Notes under the pieces: generated by a model
What the model saw: the letters and a program-made list of their open reading frames with translations, nothing else
The model's database searches: none
What the model was told of the DNA's origin: nothing
Program-made: the position numbers and the translations under genes
Virus record (IMG/VR): IMGVR_UViG_2850925934_000001
Span: 1-64,000 of that record
Length of the DNA: 64,000 bases
Direction: 5' to 3' (one strand)
Source: an uncultured virus (IMG/VR IMGVR_UViG_2850925934_000001)
Taxonomy: Duplodnaviria > Heunggongvirae > Uroviricota > Caudoviricetes
In this document: piece by piece, positions 9,438 to 17,258 of the stretch
Numbering within the stretch: the stretch's first letter is position 1
Layout: each line of letters starts with the position of its first letter

Positions 9438-9504
9438 TTGCGACTGTAAATTTCGTAACAATGTCGTAATATAATTTACAAGTCTCGAAAGGAAGTGTCT
9501 CGAA

Positions 9505-10521
9505 TTGCCGATATTAACTTTGAATGGACGTTTTGTAGACGTCGACATTCGGTATGAGCTCGAACAATTCGACTGGACTCGGCCGACGTGGGGCGATGAA
9601 CGCCTGCTGGCCGCCAGTCCATTCAGATACGATCGGACTCCGAGCTTTTACGTATACCTCGAAGACACAGTGTCGGCAAAAGCCGGCTATTGGGGCGACT
9701 CAGGCGCTTATGACGAAGAATTTGCGCGGGGCGGGTTCGTTAAACTGCTCGCTTTCCTGCGCAACGAAACCGAAGACGACGCAATCGATTACTTATTGGA
9801 AACGTATGCACCGGCGGCTGAAGGCGGACGTATGGCGCTTCGACTCCCGAAATTAAAGCCCGTCACGAAGCCGGAGCCTTTGCCGGAATCGGTCCTCGTA
9901 GAAACAACGCCGGGACCTAACGCTTATCTGACGGGACGGGGCATTGCGGAGGCGGTACAAGAGGCGGCTGGTGTAGCGCTTGCGGGAAATGCAGTCGCGA
10001 TTCCTTGGCGGCTTCCTAACGGGCGGCTGGCTAACGTAAAGTATAGGGCAACGAAGGGGAAGGCATTCTGGTACGTAAAAGGCGGCATGCCTATCCGGTA
10101 CTTAGTTTACGGAATGGATCTCGTATATGCGCAGCGGCTTAAAAGCGCGGTGATATGCGAGGCGGAGATCGATGCTATGGCGTGGCGATCAGCGGGCATA
10201 CCGGCGATCGGAACCGGCGGCAGCACATTTAATTTACAGAAGGCGGACATAATTGCGCAGGCACCTATCGAATATTTAACGGTGGTTACAGATAACGACA
10301 AAGCTGGCGAAAAGTTACGGCTGGAGATCGAGCGTTATTTGATCGGAAAGGTGCGGCTTGCGCACGGTTATATAACGGAGGTGAAGGACGCTAATGAGCT
10401 ATTGGTGAAGCGCGGTACAGAGGCATTGCGAGGCGTTTATGATCGTGCGGAGGTCGTGAGGAATACGTGGACTCTCGGGTTCGGGAATTCCCGTACTTTA
10501 GGTCGGCGGAGGTTGTCTTAA
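9505..10521 (+). CDS. DNA primase (TOPRIM)
   Basis: ICEAEID, TDNDKAG, KDANE; degenerate Zn-finger SPFRYDRTPSF. Confidence 0.9.
   Translation: MPILTLNGRFVDVDIRYELEQFDWTRPTWGDERLLAASPFRYDRTPSFYVYLEDTVSAKAGYWGDSGAYDEEFARGGFVKLLAFLRNETEDDAIDYLLETYAPAAEGGRMALRLPKLKPVTKPEPLPESVLVETTPGPNAYLTGRGIAEAVQEAAGVALAGNAVAIPWRLPNGRLANVKYRATKGKAFWYVKGGMPIRYLVYGMDLVYAQRLKSAVICEAEIDAMAWRSAGIPAIGTGGSTFNLQKADIIAQAPIEYLTVVTDNDKAGEKLRLEIERYLIGKVRLAHGYITEVKDANELLVKRGTEALRGVYDRAEVVRNTWTLGFGNSRTLGRRRLS
10479..10499. promoter_or_regulatory. Palindrome GTTCGGGAATTCCCGTAC (copy of the 41081 site)
   Basis: 1 mismatch to perfect palindrome at 41081-41100. Confidence 0.55.
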
Positions 10522-10763
10522 CCCTCCGTGTTGCTGTCGGATACCTCGATCCATTCGTACAAGTCTTCGGGTGCGCAGCTGAGCATCATTGCGATATTGT
10601 AGGTTCGTTCGATGCTCGGCAGGTTCCGAAGCCTGACGTAATCGGACATTTGCGTTTTTGATACTCCGACCATTGCTGCGAGCTGACTAAGACTAATTCC
10701 GCGTTTCTTGCATAGTTCGGGTATCCGACATTTGCCGACCTTAAACGTAACAAACACCTCCAT
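10518..10763 (-). CDS. XRE-family HTH regulator (resembles SPbeta YopS from memory), divergent from aimR
   Basis: ISLSQLAAMVGVSKTQMSDY...PSIERTYNIAMMLSCAPEDLY; exact start uncertain. Confidence 0.85.
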   Translation of the reverse strand: MEVFVTFKVGKCRIPELCKKRGISLSQLAAMVGVSKTQMSDYVRLRNLPSIERTYNIAMMLSCAPEDLYEWIEVSDSNTEG

Positions 10764-10824
10764 TCGTAAAGGTGTCCAGTATATTTTATATTATCGCTTA
10801 AACAAAAACTACCGAAAATTATTA

Positions 10825-10854
10825 TTGACATATCGATAATGCAATAATTATAAT
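10825..10854 (+). promoter_or_regulatory. SigA promoter of aimR
   Basis: TTGACA-18 bp-TATAAT, perfect hexamers. Confidence 0.8.
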
Positions 10855-10912
10855 TGAGTTAGTTAAAAGTTGCTGATCGAATTTAAATAGATAATCAAGG
10901 AGGTAGGCTCAC

Positions 10913-12139
10913 TTGGAATACATCACAAAAATGGTGCATGATTTTATTGAAGACCACGATGACATAAAAAAGACGGATGTTATGGAGTTTGTTGGAATGA
11001 GTGAAAGTGCATATAGGGATTTTTTCAAGAAAGGCAAAATAAGTTTCAAGAAACTTATTAAATTCGCTCAACTGATTTCAAGAGAAACAGGAAAGGGAAG
11101 TCAGGAAATTTTATCAGAATGGTGTTTGCATATCACCCGGACAGAAACAATAAAAAATTCATTTGAATACTCCGCAATTACTACAAACGCTCCTCTTTTA
11201 AAAAGATTATTACTACTTCATCAAAATACTGACGGAGTTCTTAAACAGACGGTGGAAGTGTACCGTATTGTTTATAACTATATGGTAGGAACGTTGAGTG
11301 GTTTTGAACTGAAGGATGCAATAGGAAGACTCCACAATATAACAAGTAAACCACTTTTGATTTTAATGAATATCATTCGACAGTATAACAACTATTTTGA
11401 AGGTGACATACAAAAAATAATAAATGAAGTCTCGGAAATCCAGAAGGATATAACAAACCTAGGGCCGCGAGAAACCTTTTATAAAGAATGCTTAACGTTC
11501 AGGGTCTGTGAATTATTGGCGCCTATTAGTTTGCAACTTAATGATGTAAAATCTGCTCGGGATTTTGCTGAATCCATTATTAATGCAAATATATCCGCGA
11601 AAAAGAAATCTGATGCATATTATGTTATAGGGATGTCGTACTTACCGGATGATAAAAATGTCTGTTTGTATAATCTCCGGAAAAGTTACGAGTTAATGCG
11701 TGAAGTGGGCGATTTGCAGTATATCCAAGAGGCAAAGTTCAATTTAGATTTCGCTAAAGTCTTTCATGGCGTCGAGCTTGATGAAGACTCTAACTTCAGA
11801 CTGAGAGCATATCAGAAAGCGAGAAATGGGAAAATTTCTTTAGCGAAGTTACATACGATATTAGAGAGGGGCGATAAAGACAATTTTATAATATTTTTCG
11901 AAAACACAGCGGAAAAGTCAATGGATGTAATGTATAATTGCCTAGAGTCTTTTTTCTGTCAAGAAAACTTCTTTTTCGCTAGGTTAGTAGCGAAAGAGCT
12001 TGAGAAAGCAGGAGCTGACTCACGAGCGCTTAGACCATTCCTAAAATTCAAAAAATTAATTAAAGGAGAGGTTTTAATTGAAAAAGATATTATTAGCCAC
12101 TTTAATCGTAGTGATGGCGGCAGCAGGATTTGCATTTAA
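10913..12139 (+). CDS. aimR: Arbitrium receptor AimR (RRNPP family, HTH + TPR)
   Basis: 408 aa; N-terminal HTH, IKNSFEY, AYYVIGMSYL, FFFARL motifs; directly followed by a signal-peptide gene ending in -GA. Confidence 0.9.
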   Translation: MEYITKMVHDFIEDHDDIKKTDVMEFVGMSESAYRDFFKKGKISFKKLIKFAQLISRETGKGSQEILSEWCLHITRTETIKNSFEYSAITTNAPLLKRLLLLHQNTDGVLKQTVEVYRIVYNYMVGTLSGFELKDAIGRLHNITSKPLLILMNIIRQYNNYFEGDIQKIINEVSEIQKDITNLGPRETFYKECLTFRVCELLAPISLQLNDVKSARDFAESIINANISAKKKSDAYYVIGMSYLPDDKNVCLYNLRKSYELMREVGDLQYIQEAKFNLDFAKVFHGVELDEDSNFRLRAYQKARNGKISLAKLHTILERGDKDNFIIFFENTAEKSMDVMYNCLESFFCQENFFFARLVAKELEKAGADSRALRPFLKFKKLIKGEVLIEKDIISHFNRSDGGSRICI

Positions 12140-12209
12140 ATATGATACACAGAATCAAGCTAGTACCGAAGGAGGATATAAGGTAGCCGACATTCGGGTT
12201 GGCGCTTAA
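12078..12209 (+). CDS. aimP: Arbitrium pro-peptide AimP, MKKILLATLIVVMAAAGFAFKYDTQNQASTEGGYKVADIRVGA; predicted mature peptide DIRVGA
   Basis: TTG start after AAAGGAGAG; Sec signal peptide; VA processing site then hexapeptide at C terminus; not in ORF track. Confidence 0.92.
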   Translation: MKKILLATLIVVMAAAGFAFKYDTQNQASTEGGYKVADIRVGA

Positions 12210-12218
12210 TTCTTTATT

Positions 12219-12249
12219 AACCCCACAACGTAATGTTGTGGGGTTTTTT
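12219..12249 (+). terminator. Terminator after aimP
   Basis: AACCCCACAAC-gtaat-GTTGTGGGGTT + T run. Confidence 0.85.
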
Positions 12250-12389
12250 AAATTTTCCAAGCTTCTGCGAAACACGAAAATCTAGTCGTATACGCGCTAC
12301 TTATTTTTATATAAATAGGGTGTCGTTTTCAGATAATTACAGAAAATACTTGGTATTATTTACACATAGAGAAAAAACAAACAAAAAAA

Positions 12390-12427
12390 TGCGCGGTTGT
12401 GTTAGCAGGTGCATATAGTCGTATGTA
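12390..12427 (+). promoter_or_regulatory. Copy 2 of TGCGCG-N13-GYGCATA motif, upstream of the sigma-like gene
   Basis: TGCGCG gttgtgttagcag GTGCATA tagtcgta TGTA. Confidence 0.55.
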
Positions 12428-12448
12428 AGCAAAAGGGAGGACGAAAAA

Positions 12449-13057
12449 TTGAGAAAAGAACAATTGAATAGCGAAGTGTTAAAGTACCAAGAAAGTAGAA
12501 GTGAATCTGCTTTCAGGGTGGTTTACGATTACTTCATAACAAGAAATGACCGAAAGTTCAAAACAATCGGTAAATCAATTGGTGCAGATTATTATGAGGC
12601 AAGAGCGATTTATGAAGACACCTTACTTTCTTGTATTGAGTCGTACAACGGAGAGCATGATTTTGAAAGATTATTTAATGCAAGTGTTCCGTTACAGAGA
12701 CGCTATTTTTTAAGGGGGAGGGTAAACAGAAACAAAAGAGAAATCATACCAAAAGGAGACCATAAGAATGCGGCAACATTCGAGGTCCCTAGCACGATAA
12801 CCCCGGAAGAACTTTTGACAACAAAAAAAGAAGTTGACCAGCGGCAACTGATCGACTTCCTATTAGGTACTACATCTGACGCCACGACAATACAAATCGC
12901 CGAAGCATATCTTTCGAGTGAAAAGCCAACTCCGACGGCAATCGGAAAAAAGTTGGGTCTACATCACTCAACAGTCATACGCAAACTCGAAAAGCTCTCA
13001 CGCAATTTCGATACCAAACAGTTCGGCGATTACCGAGACTACTTGATCGCGCAATAA
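12449..13057 (+). CDS. Sigma-factor-like transcriptional regulator
   Basis: Region-2-like N terminus (SESAFRVVYD...CIESYNGEHDFERLF) and C-terminal HTH (TPTAIGKKLGLHHSTVIRKL); RBS GGGAGG. Confidence 0.7.
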   Translation: MRKEQLNSEVLKYQESRSESAFRVVYDYFITRNDRKFKTIGKSIGADYYEARAIYEDTLLSCIESYNGEHDFERLFNASVPLQRRYFLRGRVNRNKREIIPKGDHKNAATFEVPSTITPEELLTTKKEVDQRQLIDFLLGTTSDATTIQIAEAYLSSEKPTPTAIGKKLGLHHSTVIRKLEKLSRNFDTKQFGDYRDYLIAQ

Positions 13058-13095
13058 CCCCGCAGCTAGGCCCGAAGGACTTTCGCTACGTCCTC

Positions 13096-13124
13096 ATTGT
13101 ATTGCATATTGTCAACAAATTCAA
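13096..13124 (-). promoter_or_regulatory. Minus-strand SigA-like promoter facing the sigma-like gene
   Basis: TTGAAT-17 bp-TACAAT on minus strand. Confidence 0.5.
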
Positions 13125-13193
13125 GGGAACAATTATGCGAACATGTCCTCGGCCTAGTGCGATTATCCTTAAAATAACGGAGGCTAACGTACT

Positions 13194-13355
13194 ATGCATA
13201 CATCGAATTTACCCACATTTAACGAATCTCAAACGCTTTTAGCGCTAGACGAGCGCAAACTCACCGATTTCATTTATCAAGGCGCATGGCCGCACGACGA
13301 AGACCCGGCCGACTATTTCCCGGCTGTTCCGATTAAGGCGGTGCGCGTCGGATGA
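13194..13355 (+). CDS. 53-aa hypothetical protein
   Basis: RBS GGAGG; ATGA overlap with next gene; translated by hand. Confidence 0.55.
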   Translation: MHTSNLPTFNESQTLLALDERKLTDFIYQGAWPHDEDPADYFPAVPIKAVRVG

Positions 13356-13870
13356 TTACCGCCGGGCAGGTCAAGTTTTCGCACCACGCACGCAAGCGCC
13401 TTAAGGAACGTTACAATATTACGAATTTACACGTAGCGCGTAATTGGATTGCGCAGAAGCTTCAGTACACAAAGTATCTCGGAATCACCGTGGATTCTAA
13501 CGGTAAGGAAGCGCGAATGTACGGCGGAAAAGGAGTCGTTATACTCTTCGCGCTGGATAGCGATTATGTACTGACCGTTCATCCTCCCGAAAAGAATACG
13601 GCCATCCGATTTATCAACGAAGCGTACGACACGATGAAACAAAGCGTAGAGGCTGCGGTTCAGAATAACGAAAATTATGTCGCGGAACTTCACGAAGAAA
13701 TCGCGCACCTGACGGTCGAGCTTAAACGAACGCGATCAAAAGCGAAGAAGATGGCGTACCAAGCGCGAATCAATGCGGTCCAGATGAGGATTGACGAATT
13801 GCCGTCCGAGTCCTTCGAATTAAAACGCAGGCTTACAAAAGCGGCGAAAGGAGTTGCGGCGTATGTCTGA
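13352..13870 (+). CDS. Hypothetical protein (RelE/DUF4258-like N terminus + coiled coil)
   Basis: VKFSHHARKRLKER motif. Confidence 0.55.
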   Translation: MITAGQVKFSHHARKRLKERYNITNLHVARNWIAQKLQYTKYLGITVDSNGKEARMYGGKGVVILFALDSDYVLTVHPPEKNTAIRFINEAYDTMKQSVEAAVQNNENYVAELHEEIAHLTVELKRTRSKAKKMAYQARINAVQMRIDELPSESFELKRRLTKAAKGVAAYV

Positions 13871-13969
13871 TCTTTCGTGGGTGGGACCGATTGCCTCCGT
13901 CATCATCGGATTAATACTTTTCGGAATGTGGACGCAAAGAGGCGAAGACGACGCATCATAGGCGCGTCG

Positions 13970-14074
13970 CGTCCTCGGAGAATGTCGGGGCGGCCGTTAG
14001 GTAATCCGTGTCGCGTCGCTACTGCCAAGCGCTGGTGGCGTTTCGGGCGCAGACACCGGCATTTTGCGAGGGCG
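13970..14074 (+). ncRNA. Structured GC-rich leader upstream of the SSB-like gene
   Basis: Nested stems CGTCCTCG/CGAGGGCG and AGAATGTCGG/CCGGCATTTT enclosing further hairpins. Confidence 0.5.
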
Positions 14075-14107
14075 AAAAGCCTTAATAAAAACGTAGGGGG
14101 AAAACGA

Positions 14108-14878
14108 ATGAGCAAATTTGAAAAAGGTGCAGCGGCATTAAACGCTTTAAATTCGACGAACGAGGGCGGAAGCGGTAAGGAAACAGAGTTCACAAGCTTT
14201 ACATCCGGCACTTCCTTTAAAGTGCGCGTTCTCGGTACTGCGGATCTTATCCGATTCTACAACTACGGAATCTATAAAAAAGTTAACTCGTTCGTGGCTG
14301 AAAACCCGAGCACTATGAACGAAAAAGGCTTCCCAGTCGGCAATTACACGCCGTGGGATCTCGCGTGGAAGTACTATCAGGATCTGAAGAAAGAAGCCGA
14401 AAACAAAGGCGATAGCCATGCGGAAGAGAGATATAAAGAAGAGGCGAGTAAATATCGCGTAAAAGAGCGTTATGCTCTCGGATTCATCGATCTGGCGACG
14501 GGCGATCCGATCATTATCGACCTCTCGAAGAAGCAGGCGCAAACAATTTACGCCGTTATCTTGAAGTATGAAAAGAAACTCGGAAAGGTTGCGTTCGAGC
14601 TTGAAAAGACGGGGTCAGGTACGGCAACTACCGTTAGCTTAACGCCTATCATCGACATGGAAGACGATCTAACGGAGAAGGAGCGCGAGAACTTCGCTAA
14701 GTATGCGGATAAAGAATTCGATATGTCGCTGTTTGACGGCTTGCTTTTCGAAGCGGATGAGAAAACGCAGATCGAAAACCTAGTCGCGGCTGGCTTCGAT
14801 ATTAGCTTGATCGGTCTGTCACTCGGTGGCAGCGCGACAGACTCTAACGAACCTACTACCGAAGAACTACCGTTTTAA
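14108..14878 (+). CDS. Single-stranded DNA-binding protein (phage type)
   Basis: Start MSKFEKG after GGGGG RBS; OB-like core; acidic C terminus EELPF. Confidence 0.7.
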   Translation: MSKFEKGAAALNALNSTNEGGSGKETEFTSFTSGTSFKVRVLGTADLIRFYNYGIYKKVNSFVAENPSTMNEKGFPVGNYTPWDLAWKYYQDLKKEAENKGDSHAEERYKEEASKYRVKERYALGFIDLATGDPIIIDLSKKQAQTIYAVILKYEKKLGKVAFELEKTGSGTATTVSLTPIIDMEDDLTEKERENFAKYADKEFDMSLFDGLLFEADEKTQIENLVAAGFDISLIGLSLGGSATDSNEPTTEELPF

Positions 14879-14910
14879 TCGCGACTAATAGACGAAAAGG
14901 AGGCGCTTAT

Positions 14911-15348
14911 ATGGCGCATAAAGCAGAAGATACCGGCAAGTATTCGGAACTGATCGCTCGTGCTGCGCTGCTGGCTAGCGGCTGGCAGGCGGTCAGTACG
15001 TCCGAGACGGAGGAGCCGTTTGACGTAAGCGCAAAAGATCCGTTGAGTGGCGAATGGAAAACGTTTCAGGTTAAGACGATTATCGTACGTAAAAAGCGCG
15101 GCAATAAGCGAATCGTTCAGGCGCGGAAGCACGACGGCACGCCTTATATGCTTGACGAAGTCGATTATTTTATCGGCGTCGAGATCGGCACAGGGACGGC
15201 GCCCACCGTTTGGATGTTCGAGAATCGCGAGCTAAAGGAGTATTGGGGACCGCAGTCGAAGGACGGCAAGCGGTGGGTACGGATGGATTTGAATTTTCGG
15301 CGCGAAGACGTAGAGATTACGGAGATTAACGAATCGGAGGCGGTTTGA
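14911..15348 (+). CDS. PD-(D/E)XK nuclease
   Basis: GKYSELIA...FDVSA...TFQVKT...VDYFIG. Confidence 0.7.
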   Translation: MAHKAEDTGKYSELIARAALLASGWQAVSTSETEEPFDVSAKDPLSGEWKTFQVKTIIVRKKRGNKRIVQARKHDGTPYMLDEVDYFIGVEIGTGTAPTVWMFENRELKEYWGPQSKDGKRWVRMDLNFRREDVEITEINESEAV

Positions 15349-15599
15349 TGGCGTGGTTTAAATACAGCGATATGAGCACGGGCGGCTATGAGAAAAGTGA
15401 TTACGGAACTATTTTCGTTGAGGCTCGCGATGAGTACGAAGCTAACGATATCTTTGAAAGCGAGCTTGACCTTGATCCTTACGGCGTTGCTTGCGATTGT
15501 TGCGGAAATGATTTCTGGGTGTCAGAGGTCGAAGCTGACTACGTTGAGGGTTACGCGCAAAGAGAAGACGTTCTTGTAATTAAAAAGGAGGCGGTATGA
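15348..15599 (+). CDS. Small acidic protein with CDCCG
   Basis: ORF, RBS GGAGG. Confidence 0.6.
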   Translation: MAWFKYSDMSTGGYEKSDYGTIFVEARDEYEANDIFESELDLDPYGVACDCCGNDFWVSEVEADYVEGYAQREDVLVIKKEAV

Positions 15600-16903
15600 T
15601 GGCGAAATTAAACGGCGTTAAGACACTCGATATGGTGAACGGTGAAATTACGAAGGTTGCGTATGGCGGTGCGGAATACGTGAAGGCGGAAGGTTTACCG
15701 AAGATGGGCGATTTGGTACTGGCCGACAAAGGCGGTTACGACATTACCTATGGCGCTTTCTACAAAATTACGGAGGATGCCGACCATGAGGAAGACGTTA
15801 GATTCTTGGACGACGTAGATGATGGGCGTGTTAGAGATGCCAACGAGTACGTACTCTTCCGCAAAGTAAGCGCCAACACCGATCCGTCCTCGTCCTTAGA
15901 AGAACGTGTCAGCTCCGCGGAAGCCGACCTCGAAACGTTAAAATCCGATGTGGCTGCGCTAAAGGGTGAGGTGGAATACAAGCGGATTAACAAAAGCGAA
16001 GCGCAGGATGGCGACTATGTTAAGTTCGATGAGGCTCCTAAACGTTATCTAACAGCGGGCAAGTATTACGAAATTGATTACGTTGATTCGAACGGAGATC
16101 CTCGGATCACTGACGATGAAGGGGACGAATTTGATACGTACGTGCTGTACGATGACGAATTCGAAGTTTACCGCAAAGTAAGCGTAGAAGCTGAGCCGAA
16201 GCCTGAGCGCCTGAAGGTCGGGGATTATGCGAAGGTGGTTAATGCTACCGATTACCATCGCTTCACTGACGGAGATATCGTTGAAATAATCGGAGACCGT
16301 TTTGGATCGCCGTATAACGAACTTTCCCGCAGGCTTACAGACGGAAAAAATCAATACGTCCCAAAACGTCAGTTAGTCCGCGCCACTGACGAAGAAGTTG
16401 CCGAAGCTAAAGACGCAGCAGCACGCGCTAAATTTAAGGAAGGCGATAAGGTGCGGTTGGTTTCGGGCGGCGGAGCGTACCCTTTGAACGGGTTCGAGAA
16501 CGGTAAGGTTTACGAGGTTTCCGATAATAATTTCGACCATCCGAGTAGGGGCACACTCATTCGAATTGAAGGCGGCGAATGTCTTAGAGGGTCCGGATGC
16601 GCAACGCCGGATCAGCTCGAAATTTTATCCGAAGAGGGAGCCGCCAAGATCGAGCGCAAGCAAGCCGAAGAAGCGAAGTGGGCGAAGATCGGACGTAAGG
16701 TTGGCGAGTATAAGGAAGGCGATATCGCACGTGTTATTAATGCATCAGGCTCCGAAAATATGGACGGAGATATTGGCGAAATAACACATATTACCATAAA
16801 AGGTCTAGTCGCTGTTGAGACGCCTACTACAAAATCCGGTAATTTTCAATGGCCGGAGGATATCGAACTCATCACACCAGTCGAGGCGCGCTTTGACCGC
16901 TAA
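15599..16903 (+). CDS. Hypothetical protein with tandem SH3/KOW-like repeats
   Basis: Repeated (K/Q)xGD(Y/K/I)(V/A)(K/R) units. Confidence 0.7.
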   Translation: MAKLNGVKTLDMVNGEITKVAYGGAEYVKAEGLPKMGDLVLADKGGYDITYGAFYKITEDADHEEDVRFLDDVDDGRVRDANEYVLFRKVSANTDPSSSLEERVSSAEADLETLKSDVAALKGEVEYKRINKSEAQDGDYVKFDEAPKRYLTAGKYYEIDYVDSNGDPRITDDEGDEFDTYVLYDDEFEVYRKVSVEAEPKPERLKVGDYAKVVNATDYHRFTDGDIVEIIGDRFGSPYNELSRRLTDGKNQYVPKRQLVRATDEEVAEAKDAAARAKFKEGDKVRLVSGGGAYPLNGFENGKVYEVSDNNFDHPSRGTLIRIEGGECLRGSGCATPDQLEILSEEGAAKIERKQAEEAKWAKIGRKVGEYKEGDIARVINASGSENMDGDIGEITHITIKGLVAVETPTTKSGNFQWPEDIELITPVEARFDR

Positions 16904-17072
16904 GCCGGCCGCCGTCTGTGCCGCATGTAACGCTAACCTTTACGAAGGGCGATCCGCAATTTACGATTCGCTCTTCGAGGTTTATGCGTGCGGGCCGGCG
17001 TGTTGGTCGGAGTGGTATGCGGGGAATGAATCGGACTATAAACGAAGATGGACGGAGGCGGTCGATTTATGA
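16893..17072 (+). CDS. Small Zn-finger protein
   Basis: CAAC...CGPAC. Confidence 0.5.
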   Translation: MTAKPAAVCAACNANLYEGRSAIYDSLFEVYACGPACWSEWYAGNESDYKRRWTEAVDL

Positions 17073-17224
17073 GGACGAAAGTGGATCGAACAGGTTCGTA
17101 CATTACAGGTGCATTATTCGTAGGGATGGGCGTTCTATCCGCAGTTAATGCGGAATGGTTTGCTGTTGCTACAAGCGTTTTGTTAGCGATTATCTTCGGA
17201 ATTGTAAACTACCACGCAAAATAA
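17069..17224 (+). CDS. 51-aa membrane protein
   Basis: RBS GGAGG; two hydrophobic segments; translated by hand. Confidence 0.5.
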   Translation: MRTKVDRTGSYITGALFVGMGVLSAVNAEWFAVATSVLLAIIFGIVNYHAK

Positions 17225-17258
17225 CCCGCAATTACTTCGCGAGGAAGGAGGACGACGG

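Noticed and set aside
12233..12418. 61-aa ORF as AimX protein
   Set aside because: Starts inside the aimP terminator hairpin with no RBS; unsupported
13338..13355. AVRVG terminus resembling DIRVGA
   Set aside because: Dictated by the overlapping RBS and start of the next gene; lacks terminal Ala
13877..14107. N-terminal extension of the SSB-like ORF
   Set aside because: Arg-rich translation of a structured leader; the RBS supports start at 14108
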